DNA from: Porphyridium purpureum
Lineage: Eukaryota
Length of the DNA: 64,000 bases
Assembly: GCA_008690995.1 (NCBI GenBank)
Contig: VRMN01000001.1
Location: 1,550,001-1,614,000 of the forward strand
Direction: 5' to 3'
A program made the translations under genes and the position numbers. Below, piece by piece: positions 10,569-21,469 of the stretch; positions within the stretch are counted from its first letter, which is position 1; every line of letters begins with the position of its first letter. The notes beneath the pieces are model-generated. The model did no database searches. It had not been told where the DNA came from and saw nothing but the letters and a program-made list of their open reading frames with translations.

Positions 10569-12341
10569 CTACGTTTGACTCGGCGCTGTTCCTTCGACAA
10601 GCGCAGTTTGTTCGGTGTTCCCTTCGGCTTCCTCGCTGTCGTCATCGTCGTTTGCCTGAAGAAGACGCAGCACGTAGACGGCAATCGGGGCGCCGAGCAG
10701 CAGGCCCGTAATGCCGAAAAAGTGATCCGCAACGAAAAGCACAGCGAGCACGAGCAGCGGATGCAGCTTCAGATGCGTGGAAAAGATGAGCGGTGCGATA
10801 GTGTTTGCCTCGACGGTGTGCACTAGCACCACCATTAGCATCACACTCAGAGCCTTGCGCACGCCATACTCGACAAGCGCAATATACGCCATGGGCACCG
10901 TCGAGATAATTACGCCGGCCACCGGTACGAAAGAGCACACAAGTGTGAGAGTGCTGAGGAAGAAAACGCCCGGAATGCGCAAGATGAGCAGACCTGCAAC
11001 CGTGAGCACAGTGTTCACGAGAGCGATCATGCTCTGCGCCTCGAAGGCCTTGCCTAGCACGTTGCTCACATCTGCGAGCACTGGGACCACTTCTTCGTAC
11101 ACACTGGCCAAACGGCCGCGGCGCAGCCGTTTGGCCGCACGTTTGAGATTAGGCAGATCCCAAAGGACCATGAACGAAAAGATGAGGCTCGCCACAAATT
11201 TGTAAATGAAGCCACCGGCCGCGCGAAGAATAGTTGTGATGAGTTTCGTGCCGCGTCGCACATTATTGCCAAACACTTTCTGCAGCAGCACGCCTAGTCG
11301 CTGCGACCTGCCCTCGGTCCAGCCTACCTCTTGCTGCAACACAGGCTCTCGCGCAAGTTGCTGCTGTGGAGAAGCCGGCGCCGGCGGCGCTGGCGATTGC
11401 CGTGCTTTGGAAAAGGGCGAAGGCAAGAGCCCTCCAGAAGGCCGCTCAAATGAACTAGGAATCTGCTCCAAAATTTCCTTGGTCGAATCACTCAGGGTGT
11501 CCGCAGATTCGCTGGATTCGACGCTCAAAATAAGAAAGGTCTCGAGCTTCTCACTCCACTGGTCGCCGATGGAGGACCGAATTCCGTTTGCGACCATGAC
11601 GTAGGGATTTGCATCTTGCAAACGAACGACAACATCGCGCCCTTCGCGGAAAGCGCGTGGCACCGTCACCAACGATAGTATCATAAACATGGTGATAATA
11701 AATGCGTAAAACGAGCTGACAATCGCCCTGCGTGGCACGCGACCGCGCGACAGCGTGCTTGCCCATCCTACCATGGACTCAGCCAGGTATGCAAGCACAA
11801 ATGTTCCCAGAAGCACAGCGTAGAATGGCCGCAGTGTGTACAAAATGGCAAGCATGACCGCCCAGATCAGAGCCTTTTGCAGCGGCACGCCAAACAGTGC
11901 CGCGTTGCCAAGCCCAGCCTGCACGACCTGCGCTCCCTGAGATTGCAAGTTGATCCCGCTCGCTGAGATCTTGGGGACCGCCGCCGACCCCGTATTCAGC
12001 GCAGGCACATCATTCGACTGCTCCTCCGATGGCTCCTGGTTGCTCCCGGCCAGCCACAGCTTTCTGGTCTCCTTACGACCCTGCACACGCAAACCATTGT
12101 CCTGATGATGAAGCGCTCCTGCCCCAGTCGTTCTGATCCCAGCACGACGTGTCCTCTCGCCTCTTCCTCGCACCGCGCCTCTCAGCTCCACTGTCCGAAG
12201 CGACACGAGCCTCTGCGTTGCGACCGCATGCAGCGCGGCACTGCCGAGCACAAACGCTGTCGCGCGTTCTGCTCGACGCCGACGCGATGTCTCTGCATTC
12301 AGTGGCGCTGCTCGGACAGCAGCCGCCGCCGCCGCCGCCAT
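10569..12341 (-). CDS. AI-2E (PerM/UPF0118) family transporter, probably plastid-targeted
   Basis: Multi-TM protein with AQSMIALVN, SFVPVAG, HTVEANTIAP, LKLHPLLVL and FGITGLLLGAP; long transit-peptide-like N-terminus. Confidence 0.88.
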   Translation of the reverse strand: MAAAAAAAVRAAPLNAETSRRRRAERATAFVLGSAALHAVATQRLVSLRTVELRGAVRGRGERTRRAGIRTTGAGALHHQDNGLRVQGRKETRKLWLAGSNQEPSEEQSNDVPALNTGSAAVPKISASGINLQSQGAQVVQAGLGNAALFGVPLQKALIWAVMLAILYTLRPFYAVLLGTFVLAYLAESMVGWASTLSRGRVPRRAIVSSFYAFIITMFMILSLVTVPRAFREGRDVVVRLQDANPYVMVANGIRSSIGDQWSEKLETFLILSVESSESADTLSDSTKEILEQIPSSFERPSGGLLPSPFSKARQSPAPPAPASPQQQLAREPVLQQEVGWTEGRSQRLGVLLQKVFGNNVRRGTKLITTILRAAGGFIYKFVASLIFSFMVLWDLPNLKRAAKRLRRGRLASVYEEVVPVLADVSNVLGKAFEAQSMIALVNTVLTVAGLLILRIPGVFFLSTLTLVCSFVPVAGVIISTVPMAYIALVEYGVRKALSVMLMVVLVHTVEANTIAPLIFSTHLKLHPLLVLAVLFVADHFFGITGLLLGAPIAVYVLRLLQANDDDDSEEAEGNTEQTALVEGTAPSQT

Positions 12342-12657
12342 CGAGCCGTTCTCTGCCTTTACCAGACGACAGACGACCGACGACGCACACCTACGCTCTC
12401 CTCCACGATCGCACGCAGCGCGAAATCGTTCAATGCCGAGCCACTGCGACTTGCTATGTAAACGGCCCTAATTTGCTAGACACGTCTCGAGCTGGTGCGG
12501 TGCTTCTGGACGCGACGTGCCAGGTGGAGAGCAGGCGTCGACGCGCGGCATTCATACGACGGAAGCCTGCGTGTGGTTGATGACAGCGACCTGCGTTGCT
12601 GCGCCGTGACGTGCCTGAGTTATTGCAAACAGCGCATCACGCACAACGTCTCATTCC

Positions 12658-13350
12658 ATGTTTGTCGGGCTGTACCATGCGCGGCCATTCGCGCGCGCGG
12701 CACGTCCTGGTCTGGGTCTGTCTGCGCTGAGCCCGCAGACGGCGTCGCGTTCGCTTTGCACAGGTGGTGGTGTCTCCATCGCCTTGAATGGGGTGTTTAT
12801 GCGAGTTCGTGGCAATGAGGTCCGCGCGGGAAGACAGGTGTCGAGGCCAAGAACAAGGTCAGGTTACAGGTCCTCTCGCAGCATGTCGGCGCCTTCCAAC
12901 GACTCCCCGGACGAGTTTGTGCCAAAGGAGTCCGATCAGGTGTTGAAGACAACTTACGCGATCCCGGCCGTGTTTTGTGGACTCGCGGCTGCTGGCTTGT
13001 TGAAAGGCGAAGGCTGGAGCGTCGCCGCATTTCCTCTCGCCCTATTCGGGCCATTTCTTCTTCTCCAGACCTCGGTGGTGCGCTTTGTGTTCACAGATAC
13101 CGAGCTCGTGGTGGCCAAAAAGTCGGCTGGGGGCAAGCTGAAATACATTCGCGCGTGGAAGCTCGACGACATCACAAACTGGGAAATGTGGTGGGAGCCC
13201 TTCCCCGTCTTGTGCTACTTTAAGGAGAAGGGAAGCTACGACGGCAGGGGCAGCATCCACTTCTTCCCCATGCTTTTTGACGGAAAGCAGCTTGTGCATT
13301 GCTTCCAGACAAGGACGAAAATTCAGAAGGGCAACTACTCTTCAGAATGA
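12658..13350 (+). CDS. DUF3119 family plastid protein (cyanobacterial origin)
   Basis: Motifs FLLLQT..VRFVFTD, NWEMWW..FPVLCYFKE and SIHFFPMLFD. Confidence 0.8.
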   Translation: MFVGLYHARPFARAARPGLGLSALSPQTASRSLCTGGGVSIALNGVFMRVRGNEVRAGRQVSRPRTRSGYRSSRSMSAPSNDSPDEFVPKESDQVLKTTYAIPAVFCGLAAAGLLKGEGWSVAAFPLALFGPFLLLQTSVVRFVFTDTELVVAKKSAGGKLKYIRAWKLDDITNWEMWWEPFPVLCYFKEKGSYDGRGSIHFFPMLFDGKQLVHCFQTRTKIQKGNYSSE

Positions 13351-14057
13351 CCACCCTATGGTATCCGGGTGGTGGCTCTCCGCTTCCGCGTTCCTATGCG
13401 TGTGCGCTGACCCTTGCCTCTTTTTCCCTTCGCTCGTGACGCTCTGTTTGAAACGCAGGACGGCGAATCGTCGACGTTGCCGTCACGTGGGGGTCTGTTG
13501 CACGAGCACTTGGTCAATGATCAGCGCGCATCCTCGACACTTCGCTGACATTCTCTGCGTGTCGGTGGTTTCACGAGCCCGCTGTGACAGAGCACTTATT
13601 TAACGCTCAAGTCAAGAGCTTTGCCCGTTCAAAGAGCGCCTTTCAAGAGGAGCAGGTTCTGAGATGAGCGAGGCTCTCAGGAAAAGACGGAAGCATGAAA
13701 ATCCAACGATTTTCAGAATACGATTAAAAGGCCTTGTGCGCACCATCGGCGCCCAAGGCAAAGACCTTCTTCGCTTCCAACACCCCTCTACTTTCGCGAT
13801 GAAACTCGTCACCCAGCGCGCACGGCTGCCTTCCAGTTCATCCAAAATCTGGACAGAACATCATTAGACGCCGCTTTAATGAAAGCGTGGTCACGGCTTA
13901 CTACACCAAACTGCTTATGTTTCGCGGTCGTCCGTTTCTTTCCTTAACCTTTTGCACGACGTAACACACGGTGACGAGCATACACGAGATGGGGCCGCTT
14001 AGCATTGGCAAGGACTGGCGTCAACCGGGTGAATTTTTCCTTCGAGAAATCACTGAT

Positions 14058-15110
14058 TTACGCCTTGAGCTCGATGCCCACTCTCCTGCCCATGATGATT
14101 TTGGTTGCTTGCGCCATAGCTAGCAAAGTCACAACCTGCCAATGCAGACGAAACTTGGAATTATCATAGACAAGCAGGTCTTCGCCTTTGAGAAACTGGC
14201 CCGGAATCTGCGACGCCACGTACGGAAAACGGACATCCAGATCCTCCGAGCTCTCATTCCGCCCTGAAACCAGATCGATATAATCGACATGCAACGTTTC
14301 TCCTAGCAGCGAACTTTCTCTGGCAATGAAACTGCAGATGGTGCCCTTCTTCTTCTCCTGGACATATTGCACCATCTCAAGGTCTGTATTCTTCCCGGAA
14401 AATATTTGCGTGACATGCTTGGTTGTCTCCTTCACTCTTTCCGCAAGAACCGATATCATCGATCCATGCCACGGCTCGGTGTACAATGCGAACGACTTGT
14501 CAAAGTCTTCGTTCGAGTCCTGATCGAGAAGAAGCCGAAAGTAAACCAAGCTCGAGCCGATGTGCTCAATGCAACCAACTCGAGTCATGTCGACAGTCAT
14601 TCCGTCGAGCGCCTTTTCCTCATGCGGGCCACGTAGGACGTGACACGATTTTGTATTGACCGCAACTCCCAGTTCGGGGCGTTCCGCAGACAGAGCCGCT
14701 TCGGAAATGAGACTATGATTCAGATACACGGACCACACACCGCCTGGTTTACACTCCGATGGCTTATCCAACGCGCCCGCCAAAGGCAACGCAAGCACAA
14801 GTCGCACAAGCAATGCCTCGTGCAAACTTTCAGCCGCACAATCCAGAATGGAAATGGTGCGACCCGCATGATTGGTGTGCGTCACGATGTACCTCGGATT
14901 GCCGCTCTCGTCCCACACCTGCGTACTGGACGAAGACGTCCTCGGTTCTGCACCGCTACCGCTGTTCTCAAAAAACTCGTCCTCGAGCGCGCGCGCCTTC
15001 AAGTCCATGCGCAACTGCGACGCCCATTCTGAGCGCCGCTGCTTCCGAAGTAACGCCGACGGGCGCACGCCGCGCCGCTGCGTTGCCAGCAAGGTCGCGA
15101 CTTCCTCCAT
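14058..15110 (-). CDS. Hypothetical protein
   Basis: About 350-aa ORF with globular composition. The start is uncertain (ATG at 15110, or the later MDLKARA). Confidence 0.6.
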   Translation of the reverse strand: MEEVATLLATQRRGVRPSALLRKQRRSEWASQLRMDLKARALEDEFFENSGSGAEPRTSSSSTQVWDESGNPRYIVTHTNHAGRTISILDCAAESLHEALLVRLVLALPLAGALDKPSECKPGGVWSVYLNHSLISEAALSAERPELGVAVNTKSCHVLRGPHEEKALDGMTVDMTRVGCIEHIGSSLVYFRLLLDQDSNEDFDKSFALYTEPWHGSMISVLAERVKETTKHVTQIFSGKNTDLEMVQYVQEKKKGTICSFIARESSLLGETLHVDYIDLVSGRNESSEDLDVRFPYVASQIPGQFLKGEDLLVYDNSKFRLHWQVVTLLAMAQATKIIMGRRVGIELKA

Positions 15111-17325
15111 GACGCGGCCGACTCCGTCGAGACGTGAGCGTCTCCACAGCCCTTTCGACCCGACAGCGCGTGGAGACGAAGCTGGTGAATGCCCAGTGCG
15201 AGGCTCAGTGCCAAGCAGTATGGCGCATGTGACCCTCATCCAAGCGTGGAAGGAAGCTTGGTGGGACCATGACGTCGGCAAATTGGGACACGAGCAAGCC
15301 GGCGGTAGCTCACGACTCGGTGCGTCCGCTGCGGACGTTGCGCCAGCCGCGCTTACTGCCGAGGCGCAAAAGTTTCTGGCGGGGATTGTTGAGAACAGCG
15401 GTCTTGGTGCGGAATCGGCAGGTGGACTTCTTGGATGTTCCCTGCATCCAGTAATGTACGAAGCGTTCCCAGAACGACCATCAAGCGCACGGCGTATGCA
15501 ACGTGGGTACGAGGTACCAACTGACCTGGGCGCAACAGATAAGGACGCTGTTCATATCATCCAGCAGCGACGGAGGAAACAGCAAAGAGCTTCGGCGGAA
15601 GCGGCTAAGGCTGCGGCTACGGGTACGAGGAAACCAGCTACAGGCAAGGCCTTTTCATCACAATGCAATTCAGGTTTGACTGAGGCACACTCTACATTTC
15701 GGACAGCGGAACAACATGACCTGCAACGCAATGCTCAGTGCCACATTGTGTCTCGCGCTACGGTCGAGCGAATTCTTTGTTTGGTCGGGTGCAAACCTAT
15801 TCTGGCCCTTCGCGCTGTGAACCGCTTGTTTGCGTGCCTGGAACGAGATGCAGCGCCCTCAGTTCAGGAGCAAGGTCTTCAAACGGCTTCGGCACCCAGT
15901 GGTGCGTTCGTGGCAAATATCCTTGACGTCGACCTTGTCAAGCTGCTTGAAAGCGTACTGGTTGCTGAAGGCTACCGAGGTGATGCAGATACACCTGATG
16001 ACCTGCATCTCGCGCTGCTGAACATTACGGGCCAGTTCCCGCTGGTCGTGTTGTTGGGAGGGACTTCTGGTTGTGGGAAGAGCACGCTGGGTTCTTTGCT
16101 GGCAAATCGACTCGGCTGGTCTGGCGTATTATCCACGGATGCTGTCCGCAATGTCTTGCGCAGCTCTGAGAAGTTTGCAAATATTGACGACTTCGCGGCA
16201 CTAAGTCGGTCGACATATGAGGAAGCTCCGGTCGGCACTGGGGCGACCAGGATCCCCGGCCAGGCAATGGCGGAAGAGGAGCAAGGTGCGCCATCGCTTC
16301 TGGCGCGTAATCGCATACTTAAGCGGTACAAGGAGCAAGTGGACCTGGTGATTCCGCACCTCAAAGTGGCGATTCGCGGCGCAAGATTGCGGGGCGAGAG
16401 CTTGGTGGTGGAAGGCGTCCACCTAACTCCAAAACATATGCTCCAGATCATGCTCGAATTTCCTGGCTGCATTCCATTCATGCTGCACATTCGAAGCGAG
16501 CAAAAGCACGAGGAGAGGCTCAGTGTGCGTGCAAAGTACATGTCGGCAGATGCGCAGCACAACAAGTACGTGAAACACCTTCGGTCGATTCGAATCATTC
16601 AATCGTACCTGGTGGCGAAGGCAGAGGACAGAAGCATTCCATTGATCAACAACACCAATGTGGACGTGTCGCTTGCTATGCTTCATCGTACTGTGTTTGC
16701 CTCGGCCGGTCGAGTGTATAATGGCCACAGTCTCGTCGACGCTCAGCTGAAAAAAAGTCTCGTGAGCTTGGACCGCAAGTGCTCATCCAAGGATGCGATG
16801 GCCGTGATTGAACTCCGTAGAGAGGCCAAGCGTTCAGCGCTTTCCACAACCATCAAAGCTGAGCAAGCCATTCGCGTGATGGACGACGGTAGTGTCGAGG
16901 ATGTCCAGGAAGACGACACAGAGCGGGGAATGCTTCGTCATTTGGGTGAAAGTGCTCCTCCCATTTCCGATCCAGATGCAGAGGTACGTGCAGATGTAGA
17001 TGTAGATCCAAACACAGTTCACTCGGCTTCGGTTTGCCGCTCCCACTTTATGGGGGACGCAGGAACGGATCCATCGGAAGGCAGAACTCGCGCCAGATCG
17101 TCGAAGCAGATGCGTGCCAGCCTCCTCGGCCGCGTGAGCGAGCTCAAGGCAGCTTCTTGTGACGATGCGTTGGGGTCGCGCGGCCAAAACAAGGCATTTT
17201 ACAGTTCTGAGGACGCAGGAAGCGCATCACTGGCGTCCGACGCGGAAGATAATGCACAATACTGGACCCCAGGCCAGCGACAAAGACACAGAGCCGAACG
17301 CCCAAAGCTTAGTACGGGTAAATAA
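15109..17325 (+). CDS. 2-phosphoglycerate-kinase-like P-loop NTPase (LPA1 homolog)
   Basis: PLVVLLGGTSGCGKSTL, STDAVR, ESLVVEGVHL, VRAKYM...NKYVK...IRIIQSYL and NTNVD. The start may be 15109 or 15220. Confidence 0.85.
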   Translation: MTRPTPSRRERLHSPFDPTARGDEAGECPVRGSVPSSMAHVTLIQAWKEAWWDHDVGKLGHEQAGGSSRLGASAADVAPAALTAEAQKFLAGIVENSGLGAESAGGLLGCSLHPVMYEAFPERPSSARRMQRGYEVPTDLGATDKDAVHIIQQRRRKQQRASAEAAKAAATGTRKPATGKAFSSQCNSGLTEAHSTFRTAEQHDLQRNAQCHIVSRATVERILCLVGCKPILALRAVNRLFACLERDAAPSVQEQGLQTASAPSGAFVANILDVDLVKLLESVLVAEGYRGDADTPDDLHLALLNITGQFPLVVLLGGTSGCGKSTLGSLLANRLGWSGVLSTDAVRNVLRSSEKFANIDDFAALSRSTYEEAPVGTGATRIPGQAMAEEEQGAPSLLARNRILKRYKEQVDLVIPHLKVAIRGARLRGESLVVEGVHLTPKHMLQIMLEFPGCIPFMLHIRSEQKHEERLSVRAKYMSADAQHNKYVKHLRSIRIIQSYLVAKAEDRSIPLINNTNVDVSLAMLHRTVFASAGRVYNGHSLVDAQLKKSLVSLDRKCSSKDAMAVIELRREAKRSALSTTIKAEQAIRVMDDGSVEDVQEDDTERGMLRHLGESAPPISDPDAEVRADVDVDPNTVHSASVCRSHFMGDAGTDPSEGRTRARSSKQMRASLLGRVSELKAASCDDALGSRGQNKAFYSSEDAGSASLASDAEDNAQYWTPGQRQRHRAERPKLSTGK

Positions 17326-17451
17326 TCGAAACCATAAGTTTGGATTGCGTTCAAATATCGTGGTAGGCTCTGCCCGGGGCAGGTGATGCAGATTTTGCCG
17401 CATGCACATTGACATCGTCGTGCCCGCGTCTTCTTCAATCTCTTTCGGTCC

Positions 17452-18996
17452 TCACTTCTCCCTATCATCTTCCTCTGTCAAAGGTTCTTCAACAACCATC
17501 AGATCGTCATCCAGACGATACGCGTACTCTACCTTGGAGTCGTCCTTTGCAAGCACCGTGAGCACAGCACGCACCTCATCCATTGGTAAGGGCTGTGCGT
17601 CTGCTGGATCATCAAGGAATACCCACACCTCATTGCGGCGCACCTGGAACGGGTATCGAACAAAGTTGATCGCCACGAGCGCGCCGCTGGGATTGAAACC
17701 TGCTGTCGTATTGTACGACGCTAGGCATAGCCGATTCGACCGGATGATGGCGTCATCCGATCCCAATTCGCGGAAAGCCGGGCCCAGTATTTTATCCCTG
17801 CGCAATGCCGCTAGCAACTTGATCGCCTCCTCGTAGGTCTTCTCGGACGTCGAAAGCCCTCCGTAGGGCCTGGACACGGCAACGCGCCGGGCACCGACGC
17901 GCACAACTTGAGCGGCGTCAGGACTTTTCAGCGCACTGGCAGCCGCTAAGCCGTCTCGTACGAGGCTTGGAATGGTGACAGACCAGCTATACCTCTCACC
18001 GTGCCTGCCCACAAGTACAGGAGCGGATGCGAGGATTTCCTGCGTGTTCTTGACGTCCGAGACAAACGCAGCCTCGACGGGCGCCGGGTATACCCACCAA
18101 GTGTCCATCACATCATCGGCGTGTTGAAACGTGCGCAGCTCCTCACTTGGCGGTTCCAAGAAAATACGATACTCGGGCGCGCTAGACACGAGCTTGCGAT
18201 TTTCCGTGCTCCACTCGGCTGGTGGGAACGCGAAGAACCAGTAAAGGTCTCCGAGGCGAGGCACGATTTGACGAAGCAGTCGCGGCAGCGTGATATTCCA
18301 CGAGTCCACAATCGACATAACACACTTCTTCTGCATGTCAACGACGGCCTTTGCTTCACCACTCAGCACGATTCGCGGCCTCCAGAAAATGGGCCAAAAG
18401 CCGGAAAAGGTCCATGAGTAGGACACAGTCACATTCTCCGCGTTTGCATTTGACGCAGCGTCCAAGTCGTCGTCCAGTACACGCACGTTGTAGACGCTTA
18501 ATTTGGGCTTGACCAAAAATGTCCGGATCTTGTCGAGCTCCAGGAAGAACTGACCGGCTGACTTGAGGTCAAAGATAGGCGAGCTCCACGCTAAACGCTG
18601 CTCGAGAACTCGCGCCAACCCAGCTTCCGCCGCTGGGACGTCCCCGTCGAACACAGACTGGTTGATGATGCGCAGCATGGTTCTGACCACGTCCTCTGGC
18701 TCGGTCAGCGGCTCTTCTTGCAAAGCCTGCGGTACCCGGCCAGAAGCAGGCGACTCTGTGACGCTTTGTGCAGTCGACGGAATGCCTGGCGTGGGCGCGA
18801 CCATGCGGAGCCCGGTGCCTCGCCGCGCGACCGTCTGTGTGCCCACGGTACTACGACGACCACTGCGCCGGCATGTGCTGTGAGCCGCATGCCGCACGTG
18901 GTCCATCCCTGACTGCCGCATATCCAACGCGCCCGCGCAAGTGCCGAATGCCACGAGCTCGTGCGACGCAATGGCGCCGGCGGAGCGGGTCTCCAT
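17452..18996 (-). CDS. Plastid protein with NTF2-like (DUF2358) and SOUL heme-binding-like domains
   Basis: Transit peptide, WTFSGFWPIFWRPR...DSW NTF2-like segment and C-terminal RRVAV...GG...YN...RRNEVWV SOUL-type motifs. Confidence 0.65.
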   Translation of the reverse strand: METRSAGAIASHELVAFGTCAGALDMRQSGMDHVRHAAHSTCRRSGRRSTVGTQTVARRGTGLRMVAPTPGIPSTAQSVTESPASGRVPQALQEEPLTEPEDVVRTMLRIINQSVFDGDVPAAEAGLARVLEQRLAWSSPIFDLKSAGQFFLELDKIRTFLVKPKLSVYNVRVLDDDLDAASNANAENVTVSYSWTFSGFWPIFWRPRIVLSGEAKAVVDMQKKCVMSIVDSWNITLPRLLRQIVPRLGDLYWFFAFPPAEWSTENRKLVSSAPEYRIFLEPPSEELRTFQHADDVMDTWWVYPAPVEAAFVSDVKNTQEILASAPVLVGRHGERYSWSVTIPSLVRDGLAAASALKSPDAAQVVRVGARRVAVSRPYGGLSTSEKTYEEAIKLLAALRRDKILGPAFRELGSDDAIIRSNRLCLASYNTTAGFNPSGALVAINFVRYPFQVRRNEVWVFLDDPADAQPLPMDEVRAVLTVLAKDDSKVEYAYRLDDDLMVVEEPLTEEDDREK

Positions 18997-19449
18997 GCGC
19001 CGCCCGCGTGCGCACATGCACGGCCACATGATTAACGCGCGCGGAGCTGCCCTCCGTGCGTCGCGCTTGTGCAAAGGAGAATGGCAATGCCCAACCCACA
19101 CTCGAAAAGTTCAATGCTTGGTGTTTCTCATCCGCCGCAACCCCGTCGCGGCCACATTCCACTCGAGCGGGAGATGAACGTGTTGCAAGGCTATTTTGCG
19201 AGCTCCAAAGTTCCTAGCGTAAGGTATGGAGCGGAACGGGTCGCGTGAAGATGAGTGGCGGGCGCGGGCAGCGCCGGGAAGAGCACGACAGAGCGAGGTG
19301 TCGCGTCGTTTCTCTCTCTTCTGCAGCTCGTTAACCAACTTTCGGTACCGCCAAAATTCAGCATTTTACTGGTGGCCAAGGCAAAAAGTGAAATCTAACC
19401 GTTCCGCATCTTCTTCGCGAGGCGCGCACCTGTGTTGATGGACACGCAC

Positions 19450-20238
19450 CTACTTGCGCTTTCCATTCCCGCCATTCTGGCTCGCCGACTTGGACAAGAC
19501 GTTCTTGGCCCGCTGCATGAGCGACGGCGACGCCTTGTTCGCGCCCGCGCGATCCGCACGACGCACATACTCGTCCAAGAATTGGAACTGCTTCACATTG
19601 ATGGCGCCGCGGCGCAACGAGCGAATGACGCCGACCGCTTCAAGCGGGCTCATGCCGTACTCCACCAGTGCCAACGCGACCAGCAACGGCGCGCGGCCCA
19701 GGCCGGTCTTGCAATGCACCGCAATCACCTCCTCGCTGCCATACTCGCGATTGGCGCGCTCCATCTCATCCACGAGAGCAAACCACTCGGACAAAATCGC
19801 GTCCGAAGGTACCGAACCATCCTCATAGTCGAGATCCTTCACCTCGAACGCCGGGGAGAGCCGGCTCGCATCATACTGCGGCCGGCACGCCAACACGACG
19901 CGCTTGACGCCAGACTTTCGCCACGTCGCCATAAACGACTTGAGCTCCTCCGGCCGGGGTGCGTCTGACAACATGAAGCGCAGCGAGCCGTGCTCCACGA
20001 GCGTGAACCGCGGCGGCAAGACCCCACGTCTGACCGTATCCATCGGACGCAGTGCCGATATCGTGAGCGGCGAGTTTGTCCCGCGTGCAGCGTCGAACAA
20101 ATTCTGCTGCTGCTGCAACGGCAGCTGTGGCTCCAGCGTCGCAAAGGACAGCGACTTGCCTCCCATCCCTTTCTCTGCGGCGCCCAGCGCCTTGGCCGCG
20201 ACAACGCCGGACGGCGTACGCGCGTCGCTCGACGGCAT
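19450..20238 (-). CDS. PRL/PTP4A-like protein tyrosine phosphatase
   Basis: RFMLSDAP, EDGSVP, AVHCKTGLGRAPLLVALALVEYG and RRGAINVKQ. The start is uncertain. Confidence 0.88.
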   Translation of the reverse strand: MPSSDARTPSGVVAAKALGAAEKGMGGKSLSFATLEPQLPLQQQQNLFDAARGTNSPLTISALRPMDTVRRGVLPPRFTLVEHGSLRFMLSDAPRPEELKSFMATWRKSGVKRVVLACRPQYDASRLSPAFEVKDLDYEDGSVPSDAILSEWFALVDEMERANREYGSEEVIAVHCKTGLGRAPLLVALALVEYGMSPLEAVGVIRSLRRGAINVKQFQFLDEYVRRADRAGANKASPSLMQRAKNVLSKSASQNGGNGKRK

Positions 20239-21469
20239 CTCTCCTTGGTGCAAGTCGCCATCGCGAGCAGAGTGTAGCGCGCGAGGCTTGATTGCCTGTT
20301 CCGGCTCGGAACGGCGGATGCGCTGGTCGCGGCGCCCGCGCACAGCTTCGCGCTCGGACGTCGAGCGCGCCAGCATCAAGAACGAGGCGTGCGCCATTGT
20401 CTCAATGATTCACCTAGAGGCAGCTCTGCCCTGCCGCCTGTTTCAAACTTTTCCCTTTCTTTTCGGGCCTCACGCTCGTCCTTATTTCACCACGCGCTCT
20501 CCCCTTCACAAACACACCAATGTCACGCGGCGACTTGTCCGACACGAACAAAACAGACAAGCTCTCCCGGAGTGCACCTTTTTTTCTTTCTCACAGCAGG
20601 ACGAGCTCAGTAGCGACACGCAGTACTCCTCCTCCAGCCGCCGACATGCTTTCCTTACGTCGCTCGCTGTCGTCCTTCCCACGTTTTGCACGAGCGCACT
20701 CGAGTGCCGTGCGCGGTAAGCTGCTGCTCTTGCTGCTCTTGCTGCTCTTGCTGCTCCTGCTCGCGGCGTGGCGTTTACGGGTCCAGCGCGTCTACGCCGG
20801 TCTTCACCCCTCGCACCGTTCCCCCTACCTGCATCCCCGTCTCCATATATGTAGCCCGTCCTCCTCCCCACGCCTCCCCCAATGCACGCCCTCCCCTTGC
20901 CTTCTTCCCTCTTATCCCTTCCTCTCTTCCACTCCACACACCGCGCACCCCCTTTCCCCTCCCTTTTCCCCACGACTTCCACCTGTCGGCCCGCTGTTTA
21001 TATAGGGAGCGGCGGCGCGCGCAATGTTCATTCCTTTCGAATAGCCATTCCGCCGGCGTCTTGTGGCGTTCGGGCGTTCCGGCGTTCGGTGTCTGGCCGC
21101 GTGTATGGGACGCTCCATACCAAAACACACACACACACACACACGCACATGCCACTACCAGCCCGCCGCGCTTCGTATGTGGGAGCGTATGTTTTGGTAT
21201 GGAGCGGTAGAACGCGGTTCGAACTACTCGACTCGTGCTTGAACAGCTGGCGGTGTTGTGTGACACGACGCCAGCGCGTCCGTCCGTCCGTCAGCCGCGC
21301 GTTCTCGACGAAACGGCGGCCGTAAAGTCAGAGGCGCGTGCGGAAGCGCGCGTAGGGTGGAATGCGGATTGCATTGCCATCGCGGGGGTACTGTGCGCGG
21401 GGGCACACCGCTCGAACGCAGCGCGCAGGGCAAGACGAAACAAGGGATGTTGTACACAAGCGGCTCGGT

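Noticed and set aside
20720..21145. (GCTGCTCTT)n and (AC)n tracts and overlapping ORFs
   Set aside because: Ordinary simple repeats upstream of the PRL gene; the ORFs are low-complexity.
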